Source: a virus
Taxonomy: Duplodnaviria; Caudoviricetes
DNA length: 41,622 bases
Strand: one strand, 5' to 3'
IMG/VR virus record: IMGVR_UViG_3300033565_000085
Span: 1 to 41,622 of that record
Shown piece after piece: positions 1-7,133 of the stretch (its first letter is position 1; every line of letters begins with the position of its first letter). The notes beneath the pieces were generated by a model, which was not told where the DNA came from, did no database searches, and saw only the letters and a list, made by a program, of their open reading frames with translations. A program made the translations under genes and the position numbers.

Positions 1-597
1 ATGCGCATCAATTTGCCGACCTGGCTGACCCTTTTCCGCGTGGCATTGCTGCCGGTGATGGTCGTGGTGTTCTACTTGCCGTTCCGTGGCCACAACATCA
101 CGGCCGCCATCGTGTTCATCCTGGCCGCCATCACCGACTGGCTGGACGGCTATCTCGCCCGGCGGATGAAGCTCACCTCGGCATTCGGCGCCTTTCTCGA
201 CCCGGTGGCGGACAAGTTGATGGTGGCGGTGACGTTGTTCCTGCTGGTGCAGTCGCATCCGAGCAGCGGCTGGTCCGGCATCCTGATGGCGGTGACCGCG
301 GCGGTCATCGTCGGGCGCGAGATCAGCGTGTCGGCGCTGCGCGAATGGATGGCCAAGATCGGCATGAGCGCCACCGTGAAAGTCGCCATGATCGGCAAGC
401 TGAAGACCGTGATGCAGATGGTGGCGCTGGTGGTGCTCATCGTGCAGCACGAGAAGGAAGCCACGGCGCTGCGGCTGTATCACATCGGCGAAGGACTGCT
501 GGTGATCGCCGGCATCCTGACCATCTGGTCCGGGCTGTACTACCTGCGCGCAGCCTGGCCGATGCTGCGCGACGACGCCTCGGGCAAACCGACTTGA
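1..597 (+). CDS. pgsA: CDP-diacylglycerol--glycerol-3-phosphate 3-phosphatidyltransferase
   Basis: N-terminal NLPTWLTLFR and CDP-alcohol phosphotransferase motif DWLDGYLARR...FGAFLDPVADK; hydrophobic; lies directly before a tRNA-Gly/Cys cluster as in other gammaproteobacteria. Confidence 0.95.
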   Translation: MRINLPTWLTLFRVALLPVMVVVFYLPFRGHNITAAIVFILAAITDWLDGYLARRMKLTSAFGAFLDPVADKLMVAVTLFLLVQSHPSSGWSGILMAVTAAVIVGREISVSALREWMAKIGMSATVKVAMIGKLKTVMQMVALVVLIVQHEKEATALRLYHIGEGLLVIAGILTIWSGLYYLRAAWPMLRDDASGKPT

Positions 598-621
598 CGA
601 CACCGTTTCACGTATTAGAAT
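594..621 (+). promoter_or_regulatory. sigma70-type promoter of first tRNA-Gly
   Basis: TTGACG (594-599), 16 nt, TAGAAT (616-621), then a GC-rich discriminator GCGCGGC. Confidence 0.7.
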
Positions 622-634
622 GCGCGGCTCCGAT

Positions 635-710
<76 letters not shown>

Positions 711-729
711 GATTTCGCCCATGGCGACG

Positions 730-763
730 CAAGGCCCTGACTCGTTCAGGGCCTTGTCGTTTC
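730..763 (+). terminator. hairpin / probable terminator after tRNA-Gly
   Basis: CAAGGCCCTGA-ctcgt-TCAGGGCCTTG stem followed by a short T run. Confidence 0.55.
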
Positions 764-811
764 CGGCCATCAGCCACGGCGCAGGGACGCACGCGGGAGG
801 GCCGGGCGCTA

Positions 812-839
812 TTCACAAGCGATCTGGTTCTGCTATCAT
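812..839 (+). promoter_or_regulatory. promoter of second tRNA-Gly
   Basis: TTCACA, 16 nt, TATCAT with TG extension; same GCGGCTCCGAT leader as the first copy. Confidence 0.6.
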
Positions 840-852
840 TTGCGGCTCCGAT

Positions 853-928
<76 letters not shown>

Positions 929-940
929 GGATTTGCACGG

Positions 941-968
941 AACCCCGGATCGCCGGGGTTTTGTTTTC
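941..968 (+). terminator. intrinsic terminator
   Basis: AACCCCGG-atcg-CCGGGGTT followed by TTGTTTT. Confidence 0.7.
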
Positions 969-1020
969 CGGGGAATATGCGATCATCTCCGTGTCACGAT
1001 GATCGGGTGCATCAAGCAAC

Positions 1021-1094
1021 GGCCTGGTGGCAGAGTGGTCATGCAGCGGACTGCAAATCCGCGTACGCCGGTTCGATTCCGACCTAGGCCTCCA
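1021..1094 (+). tRNA. tRNA-Cys (GCA); prophage attL
   Basis: 74 nt, anticodon arm GCGGA-CTGCAAA-TCCGC, T discriminator plus CCA; integrase gene immediately downstream. Confidence 0.95.
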
Positions 1095-1110
1095 TTGCAA
1101 TCAACGGTTT

Positions 1111-1134
1111 AGGCGTCTTATGGGCGCCTTTTTC
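1111..1134 (+). terminator. intrinsic terminator after tRNA-Cys (phage side)
   Basis: AGGCGTC-ttatg-GGCGCCT followed by a T run. Confidence 0.65.
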
Positions 1135-1242
1135 GTTTCGGAAATACGGCGAAGGAAGGGGGAAATCGAGGGTTTGCCACTCGTTTTCGAGTGGCAAACT
1201 CGCGTAAGCTTGCGTCGTTTCCGATTACGCGAGTTTTCAGGG

Positions 1243-2364
1243 ATGGCAACGAAGCGGCGGCGTGGGGTTACCTGGCACTATACGATACGGCGCGCGGGGC
1301 TGTTGCCGCGGCCGATCTACCTGAGCTTCGACGACGAAGCCGAGGGCGATGAGTACGTGCGGCGAGTGGAGGCGCTGCTGGCGCGCGGGGTGGTGCCGGA
1401 GGAGTTCGGCGCGAAGCGCTCGGCCACGGCGCTGCTGAGCGATGCGGTGATGCGGTACATGGGCGTGCAGCATGTGTCGGTGGATGACGCGGTGTTGCTG
1501 GACGTGGTGTTGATGCGGTTGCCGCGCTCATTGTCGCTGCCGGGGCTGACGTTCGCTTGGGCCCAAGGCTGGGTGACCGCGATGAAGCGCGAGCAGAACC
1601 TGGCGCCCAGCACCATCCGGCACTACGTGGGCGCGCTGGCCCGGGCGCTGGACTGGTTGGCGGCGCAGGGTGAGATACCGACAAACCCGCTGCGGCTGCT
1701 GCGCAAGGGCTATTCGACGTACACGCCGGATGACGTGGCGCAGGTGGCGCTGGTCGAGGGCGCCGGGAAAGACGATGATGAGCGCGATCGCCGGCTCGAG
1801 GCGGGTGAGGAAGCGAAGATCCGCGCGGTGCTGGCCGGCGCGAAGGCGGAAGGCAAGCAGCGGGCGCTGGAACTCAAGCATGGGGCGGCGCTGGTGCTGC
1901 TGTTCGACATGGCGCTGGAGTCGGCCATGCGGATGAGCGAGATGTACACGCTGACTGTTGGCCAGGTGGACCTGGAGCGGCGCACGATCTTCCTGGACAA
2001 GACCAAAAACGGCGACAAGCGGCAGGTGCCGATCACCACGGTATTGCGCAAGTTGCTCAAGGCGTACCTGCGCGGCCGCGGCGTAGATGAGCGGGTGTTT
2101 CCGTGGTGGGGTGGCTCGCTCGATCGCGCCGAGCTGCGGCGCTGCACGTCGCAACTGTCACGCCAGTTCGCGCGGATCTTCGAAACGGCAGGGTGCGTCG
2201 GGCTGCACTTTCACGATCTGCGCCACGAAGCCACCGCGCGCATCTACGAACGCACGCGACTGACGGACATGCAGATAGCGAAGATCACCGGGCACAAGAG
2301 CCTGGCGTCGCTGCGGAGGTACGCGAACTTACGGGCGTCGAACTTGGCGGAGGCGATGTGGTGA
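1243..2364 (+). CDS. int: phage tyrosine integrase
   Basis: catalytic residues: MRMSE (R), KTKNG (K), HDLRH (HxxR), TGHK (H), RRYA (Y); ATG 1243 chosen because the longer ORF overlaps the tRNA. Confidence 0.93.
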   Translation: MATKRRRGVTWHYTIRRAGLLPRPIYLSFDDEAEGDEYVRRVEALLARGVVPEEFGAKRSATALLSDAVMRYMGVQHVSVDDAVLLDVVLMRLPRSLSLPGLTFAWAQGWVTAMKREQNLAPSTIRHYVGALARALDWLAAQGEIPTNPLRLLRKGYSTYTPDDVAQVALVEGAGKDDDERDRRLEAGEEAKIRAVLAGAKAEGKQRALELKHGAALVLLFDMALESAMRMSEMYTLTVGQVDLERRTIFLDKTKNGDKRQVPITTVLRKLLKAYLRGRGVDERVFPWWGGSLDRAELRRCTSQLSRQFARIFETAGCVGLHFHDLRHEATARIYERTRLTDMQIAKITGHKSLASLRRYANLRASNLAEAMW

Positions 2365-2365
2365 T

Positions 2366-2671
2366 TCAATCAGCCGCGTGCCTTGGGCCCAACAGCCTGG
2401 GCATGGCTCGACGCAAACCATCGAGCACTCGCGACCAGCCGACACTTGTCTTCCACTCGGCGCCGTCGATCACGGCGCGGTAGCTGTCGATGCGAGCGGT
2501 GCGGTAGAGCTCGATCGTGTGCGTGCGCGGCTCGGGGCCGTCGAAGTCCTCGATCATGATGCGGCGGCGGAGCAACGGCGGCTGCCATTGGGGTGGCCGT
2601 TGATCCTCGGGCGCGACCTCGGGCCGGTGCCGATCGCGACGTGCCTGGTATTTTCGGGTTCGTCGGTACAT
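2366..2671 (-). CDS. hypothetical phage protein, last gene of leftward operon
   Basis: 101 aa, GAAGG RBS, phage-like high-GC codon use, convergent with int. Confidence 0.65.
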   Translation of the reverse strand: MYRRTRKYQARRDRHRPEVAPEDQRPPQWQPPLLRRRIMIEDFDGPEPRTHTIELYRTARIDSYRAVIDGAEWKTSVGWSRVLDGLRRAMPRLLGPRHAAD

Positions 2672-2702
2672 GGCAGACCTTCAACGCTCCGGCGAATTAG
2701 TG

Positions 2703-2900
2703 TTAGGTGCCATTGATGATCGCGTCCACGTCCGTGATGCTTGGCCGTCGGCTTCTTTCCCGCTTGTTGGTTTTCAACAAGTCGATAGCAACGTCAATTG
2801 CCTCTCCCACTTCCAACGGGTCTTGTTCTCTTGCGCCCTTTGTCCCGCGCCGCCAGCCGTTGTGGTTGCGCAATATTTTCAATGCCGTCGACTCTTTCAT
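2703..2900 (-). CDS. cassette A hypothetical protein (MKESTALKILRNHNGWRRG...)
   Basis: GGAG RBS before ATG 2900 (alternative ATG 2921); TAA stop lies within core site GTTAGGT 2702-2708. Confidence 0.7.
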   Translation of the reverse strand: MKESTALKILRNHNGWRRGTKGAREQDPLEVGEAIDVAIDLLKTNKRERSRRPSITDVDAIINGT

Positions 2901-2929
2901 TACGTACTCCGTGTGTTTCATCGTGCAGC

Positions 2930-2993
2930 GTCTAACACTGCGTCCGAGCTGACGGCGGATAGAGCCCGCCGCAGCTCAACTTAATCGTTAGGT
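2930..2993 (+). other. attC site 1 (64 bp)
   Basis: R'' GTCTAAC; L'' arm GTCCGAGCTG pairs with CAGCTCAAC (one extra C, one mismatch); extra A; CGGCGG/CCGCCG stem; R' GTTAGGT. Confidence 0.82.
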
Positions 2994-3209
2994 TGCAAAT
3001 GACAGTTCGTTTTGCGCTGCGGGTTTCATAGTTGCGAGAAATGCGCGTAGATCGGCTCCCGGAACGAGCACGGACGAAAAGCACATCCCGCACCGCCACC
3101 ACTCGCCGCCTCCAGCAACGCAAAAGGCTTGCTCCGGCGTTCCGGGCGAGTGCCGCTCCATTGGTTTTCCGCGCCACTTGCATCCTTTCGCTTCACAAAC
3201 TGGTTTCAT
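2988..3209 (-). CDS. cassette B hypothetical Cys-rich protein (possible Zn binding)
   Basis: GAGG RBS before ATG 3209; CEAKGC...C...CGMC; TAA stop within GTTAGGT 2987-2993. Confidence 0.7.
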   Translation of the reverse strand: MKPVCEAKGCKWRGKPMERHSPGTPEQAFCVAGGGEWWRCGMCFSSVLVPGADLRAFLATMKPAAQNELSFAT

Positions 3210-3228
3210 CGTGGTTCCTCGCGTTGCC

Positions 3229-3284
3229 ACCTAACACGTCATTCGAGTTGACAGCTTCGCTGCAACTCAATTCAAGGGTTATGC
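3229..3284 (+). other. attC site 2 (56 bp)
   Basis: R'' ACCTAAC; ATT(C)GAGTTG pairs with CAACTCAAT; extra A; CAGC-ttc-GCTG; R' GTTATGC. Confidence 0.9.
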
Positions 3285-3285
3285 G

Positions 3286-3507
3286 TCAGAGCAGGCAGCT
3301 CGGTACCTGCGTCCATTTCATGCCGCCAACAGACGGGCCACCTGAAAACCTGCGTTTCCCACCAGCGCTATTGGCTAGCGCGGCATTCGTCTTACGGGCC
3401 AGCTTGTCGAGCGCTTTTGCTGCATCCGTGTCACCGCGACTCTGCGCATCGTTGGCGGCATCTGCCAGGGCAGTGAAGTCATCTTCGCTCACATTAATTT
3501 GTGCCAT
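3286..3507 (-). CDS. cassette C hypothetical protein
   Basis: 73 aa, GGAG RBS, TGA stop immediately adjacent to core site GTTATGC. Confidence 0.7.
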   Translation of the reverse strand: MAQINVSEDDFTALADAANDAQSRGDTDAAKALDKLARKTNAALANSAGGKRRFSGGPSVGGMKWTQVPSCLL

Positions 3508-3538
3508 TTCCGATTCTCCGTTGGTATTTCTTCGCAGC

Positions 3539-3599
3539 GCATAACACTGCGGTCAAGTCGGACGGCGGTACCCGCCGCCGCTTACCTCAAGTGTTAGGC
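3539..3599 (+). other. attC site 3 (61 bp)
   Basis: R'' GCATAAC; GGT(C)AAG(T)CGG(A)CGGCGG pairs with CCGCCGCCGCTTACC, three unpaired bases; R' GTTAGGC. Confidence 0.9.
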
Positions 3600-3896
3600 A
3601 TCTTTTCGTGCCGGACAGCCGATGCCATCGCATCCATTGGCGCCGTACCCAATTCGGTTTGTGTCGTGCCCACAGTCTGGCCATATACAACGCGGCATCT
3701 TAAAAACCTTCGGCGTGCATATCGCTGCCGGCAGGTGGCTGGTTCCGCGAAGAAACTGGTTCTGCTCAACGAGCACGGTTTCCAGGCGCTTCCGCCATAC
3801 CTCCCAATTCGTGTTCTCTCCCTTCCTCTCTGCAATGGAGTGCGCGGAGCGCAGCAAGTCATTCGCTTCGGTCAAAAAATCAGCAGCTGTTTTCAT
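3594..3896 (-). CDS. cassette D hypothetical protein with Cys-rich C-terminus
   Basis: GAGGA RBS before ATG 3896; CIWPDC...CDGIGC; TAA stop within GTTAGGC 3593-3599. Confidence 0.72.
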   Translation of the reverse strand: MKTAADFLTEANDLLRSAHSIAERKGENTNWEVWRKRLETVLVEQNQFLRGTSHLPAAICTPKVFKMPRCIWPDCGHDTNRIGYGANGCDGIGCPARKDA

Positions 3897-3912
3897 AATC
3901 AAGTCCTCGGGG

Positions 3913-3997
3913 GCCTAACACGGCGGTCAACGCGACCGCCGACCTATCTCGCTAAAATCAAGCCGCGTCGTGCGGCGCGTTACCTTGGGGGTTAGGA
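3913..3997 (+). other. attC site 4 (85 bp)
   Basis: R'' GCCTAAC; GGT(C)AACGCG(A)CCGC pairs with GCGGCGCGTTACC; CGAC/GTCG; R' GTTAGGA overlaps the xis stop codon. Confidence 0.85.
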
Positions 3998-4309
3998 GTT
4001 CAGTTCGTACCGATTCAGGTCCGGGAGTGTTTGGCGCGGCTTGGGTTGGCGACTCTTGATCGGGGTGGCGCTCCTGGCGTCTTTCGCGACCTGCTGCTTG
4101 CGGCGCTGTTCGGCTTGTTCGCGGGCGTGCTGGGCGATGTAGGCGAGCACGTCGGCGCGCAGCAGCACGGTGCGCTTCTGGTTGACGCGCAACGCGGGCA
4201 GCGCGCCGGAGTCGATGATCTGCTCCACGGCTTCCACGCCGCAGCGCATGAGGGCGGCGGCGCCTTTCGGGTCGAGGGTTTCGCTGGTGTCCACGGCGGC
4301 GTCAGACAT
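3992..4309 (-). CDS. excisionase-like helix-turn-helix protein
   Basis: LDPKGAAALMRCGVEAVEQIIDSGALPALRV fits the xis/MerR-type HTH pattern; near int. Confidence 0.75.
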   Translation of the reverse strand: MSDAAVDTSETLDPKGAAALMRCGVEAVEQIIDSGALPALRVNQKRTVLLRADVLAYIAQHAREQAEQRRKQQVAKDARSATPIKSRQPKPRQTLPDLNRYELNS

Positions 4310-5036
4310 GTGACTGCTCCAGGCGCTTGAACTCCACTACCCAGACCCACGGGTTGGCGTTCCAACTGTCGGCGCCATTGATGGATTCCCACAGGCTGCG
4401 ATAGGCAGCCACGGGCGAGGCGAACCATGGCAGGTCGGGCGCGCCGCGCCAGCCGTCCCGATCGCGCAGCAGGCCCTCGGCGATCGCGTCCGCCTCGCTG
4501 ATGTCCTGCAACCGCTCCACGCGCACGCTGGTCACTTCGAGGGTGAGGCGGCTGGCCCAGCGCGGCATGAAGCGGGCGTGCCGGTACCGACCTGGTTCCG
4601 GCTGACCTCGGTGCGGCGGCGTGCTGGTGTGCTCCCAGTTCATGCGCTCACCGTCGACGATGTACTCGATCGGCGCCAACGGACGTCGGTATCCCGCGTC
4701 GAGGCAGAGTTCCGCGACGCGTGCGCCGCTGTGCTCATCGAGGTAGTCGAGGGTCCGCCACGCCTCGCGCACCCACAGCCGATCGCCTGGCTGGCCGTAG
4801 GGGCATAGCTCGGGCCATGATGACAAAGAAGCCGGGGCGCCGTCGTCGAGGAATTCGTACCCCCACGAATCCGGATCGTTGTGCAGGCCTGAGTAACCCA
4901 GCGTCGGCTCAGCCTCTGCAAGATTGACGATCGGATGCTTGCGGTAGGGTTTCACTACCCGCCGCGTCATCGTCTTGCGGTCTTCGAGATCGGCGCGCAC
5001 CATCGGCGCGGAGAAAAGGATGGGGCGTTCTTTCAT
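4302..5036 (-). CDS. conserved phage protein (ASCH/PUA-like)
   Basis: MKERPILFSAPMVRA..RKTMTRR, CPYGQPGDRLWVRE, MPRWASRLTLEVTSVRVERLQDISEADAIAEG, WNANPWVWVVEF. Confidence 0.8.
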   Translation of the reverse strand: MKERPILFSAPMVRADLEDRKTMTRRVVKPYRKHPIVNLAEAEPTLGYSGLHNDPDSWGYEFLDDGAPASLSSWPELCPYGQPGDRLWVREAWRTLDYLDEHSGARVAELCLDAGYRRPLAPIEYIVDGERMNWEHTSTPPHRGQPEPGRYRHARFMPRWASRLTLEVTSVRVERLQDISEADAIAEGLLRDRDGWRGAPDLPWFASPVAAYRSLWESINGADSWNANPWVWVVEFKRLEQSHV

Positions 5037-6892
5037 GCGGCGATCCGTTCCGGCATCTGCACGGGGTCGAGGTTGGCGCGGGCCAGCGCGCAGAGTGGCG
5101 GCGGGCTGACGCTGTTGCCGACCATGCGCACGCTGGCGCTGATGGACAGTTTGCGGCCGTCGGCGGTGGTGTCGATGATGTAGTCGGGCGGGAAGCCCTG
5201 GGCGCGGAACAGTTCCTCACGGCGCAGCATGCGCAGGCCGATATCCACGATCACGTAGGGCGTGCCCTGCACCAACACGGTCACCAGCGCCAGGCGATCG
5301 CGGGTGGTGATGGTGTCCACCGGTTCACGCAGGTCGAGCGCCTGTCCGTTGCCGTAGTAGTTGATCAGGAACGCGGCCACGCGCAGCGCGCCGGCTTCGT
5401 GTTCCGGTGACAGCGTGCACTCCACCACCGCGTGGTGCTCGCCGCCGGCACTGATGGTGTGCAGCGGATCGGCTACGTCGGCCGCCGAGCTGGTGCCGCG
5501 AAGCTTGGCAAGGTGCGCGGTAGCCAGCCGCGACTGGCTGCCGGTGCCGGTGATCGTCGGAACCGGTTTGCGCAGGTCGTGGCCGTCGCCGTTGTAGTAG
5601 CCGCCGTTGGCTTGTTCAAGGAACGCGGTGATTACGCCCATGGCATGCGCCGCCCCGGCCGGACGCTTGGCGCCTGCGCCGCTGGTGATGGTCGGCATCG
5701 GCTCATCGGCCGGTGCGCCCTTGCTGTCGCCGCGGAACTTGACCAGGTGGGCGGCGGCGACCGCATGCCCGCCGCTGGCTGTCACGGTACCAAGCGTCTC
5801 GGTGACCGCGCGGCATCCGCTGCCCCAACGTTGTGCGCGGCCGGGCTGTCCATCGCCATGCGCGGCTTGCACCAGTGTCGGCGCTACCACCGCGTGCGTC
5901 CCGCCCTTTGGCCACGCGGTGATGGTGCCGAGCGGTTCGCTGCTCGCTGCCACACCGTTGGCGGATGCGTTCGCGCACTGCACGATGAACGGTTCAGCCG
6001 CGTCGATCACGTACCGCTTCACGCCCTTGGCGATGCGGCGCATGGTGGCGTCGGCCAGCGGCTTCTTGCGGGTGAAGATGGACGGGCACGGGATGGTGAA
6101 GTCGATGCAGTCGGCAGCGGTCACCAGCGGCAGCAGGCCGTGCGCCTTGCCGTGCGTGGGCGCGGGCCACACGATGGGATGGCCGTCGCGGCGGGCGATC
6201 AGGAACAGGCGCTTGCGACTGGTGCCGGCGCCGTAGTCGCTGGCGATCAGCTTGCGCCATTCGACCGCGTAGCCGAGCGCGCGCAGCGCGGCGATGAACT
6301 GCTGCCAGGTGCGGCCGGCGTGGCGCTTGTCTGGCACCAGTGTCTGCTGCCACACGCTGACCTGCTCGCCTGGTGCGGCGACGGTGCCGTCCAGCTTGAT
6401 CACGCGGCCGGTGGCTTTGCAGCGCTTGGCCACCAGCGGACCCCACGTCAGGATCTGCTCGACGTTCTCCAGGCTGATGATGCGCGGCGCGCTTCCGGCG
6501 CGGGCCAGCGTGCCGGCGACCTTGAGCACCACCCAGCTGAGCGAGCGCGTGGCGCGCGATCGCGGCTGGCCGCCCTTGGCCTGGCTGAAGTGCGTGCAGT
6601 CGGGGCTGGCGTGGAACCAGCCCACGGGCCGGCCTGCCACCTCGCGCAGAATGTCGACCGTCCACACGTCGGCTTCCATGTGCCGCGTGAACGGGTGGTT
6701 GGCGGCGTGCAGGCCGATGGCAAGGTGGTCGTGGTTGACGGCCACGTCAGGGTCGCGGCCCAGCGCCTGGCGCAGCGCTTCGCTGGCACCGCCGCCGCCG
6801 GCGAAGAAATCGACCACGATTTCTCCCGGGCGCAGGGCGGACACCAGCGCCTTGCGTGGAAAGTTGAAGGCCCGCTGGTTGCCATCAGCCAT
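5033..6892 (-). CDS. DNA cytosine-C5 methyltransferase
   Basis: motif I DFFAGGGG, motif IV SPDC, motif VI ENV, motif VIII RKRLF, motif IX RMLRREELFRAQGFP, motif X GNSV. Confidence 0.92.
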   Translation of the reverse strand: MADGNQRAFNFPRKALVSALRPGEIVVDFFAGGGGASEALRQALGRDPDVAVNHDHLAIGLHAANHPFTRHMEADVWTVDILREVAGRPVGWFHASPDCTHFSQAKGGQPRSRATRSLSWVVLKVAGTLARAGSAPRIISLENVEQILTWGPLVAKRCKATGRVIKLDGTVAAPGEQVSVWQQTLVPDKRHAGRTWQQFIAALRALGYAVEWRKLIASDYGAGTSRKRLFLIARRDGHPIVWPAPTHGKAHGLLPLVTAADCIDFTIPCPSIFTRKKPLADATMRRIAKGVKRYVIDAAEPFIVQCANASANGVAASSEPLGTITAWPKGGTHAVVAPTLVQAAHGDGQPGRAQRWGSGCRAVTETLGTVTASGGHAVAAAHLVKFRGDSKGAPADEPMPTITSGAGAKRPAGAAHAMGVITAFLEQANGGYYNGDGHDLRKPVPTITGTGSQSRLATAHLAKLRGTSSAADVADPLHTISAGGEHHAVVECTLSPEHEAGALRVAAFLINYYGNGQALDLREPVDTITTRDRLALVTVLVQGTPYVIVDIGLRMLRREELFRAQGFPPDYIIDTTADGRKLSISASVRMVGNSVSPPPLCALARANLDPVQMPERIAA

Positions 6893-7133
6893 GGGTGATG
6901 GCCCTCACTGCATCGGCGCCGAAGCTGCCCAGCATGGTGTAGATGCGGTCGAGGCACTGGTCTGCGGCAGAAAGCGCGCATGGACAGTCGAATTCGCTGG
7001 CCACCTTGAATGCAGCGCCTTTGGCGGCGACATGCATGTCGACGAAGCAATACCAGGTTCCGCCATCCATCTGGAAAAGCTTGGGCCGGCCGTGCGTGGC
7101 AAGAAGCGAAAGGGTGGTTTCCAGATCAGCCAT
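6885..7133 (-). CDS. hypothetical phage protein
   Basis: GAGG RBS, overlaps both neighbours in the operon. Confidence 0.6.
   Translation of the reverse strand: MADLETTLSLLATHGRPKLFQMDGGTWYCFVDMHVAAKGAAFKVASEFDCPCALSAADQCLDRIYTMLGSFGADAVRAITHG

Larger units (their letters stand above)
2703..3991. mobile_element. array of four integron-type gene cassettes without intI (CALIN-like)
   Basis: four attC sites alternate with four small single ORFs; lower GC than flanks; core and inverse-core sites flanking each gene are complementary. Confidence 0.88.

Noticed and set aside
1027-1242. N-terminal extension of int in the ORF track
   Set aside because: It overlaps tRNA-Cys and the terminator; ATG 1243 is the plausible start.
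1243-2364. Integrase as an integron integrase (IntI) serving the adjacent cassettes
   Set aside because: The segment between the catalytic Lys (KTKNG) and the VFP patch is short and lacks the IntI-specific insertion (ALERKYP-type I2 helix); its position next to a tRNA fits a phage integrase. Activity on attC is not formally excluded.
2672-2708. A fifth attC, or an attI, to the left of cassette A
   Set aside because: It has GTTAGGT and a weak mini-hairpin, but no RYYYAAC inverse core or paired L arms, and it contains the RBS of the next gene. A degenerate remnant cannot be excluded.
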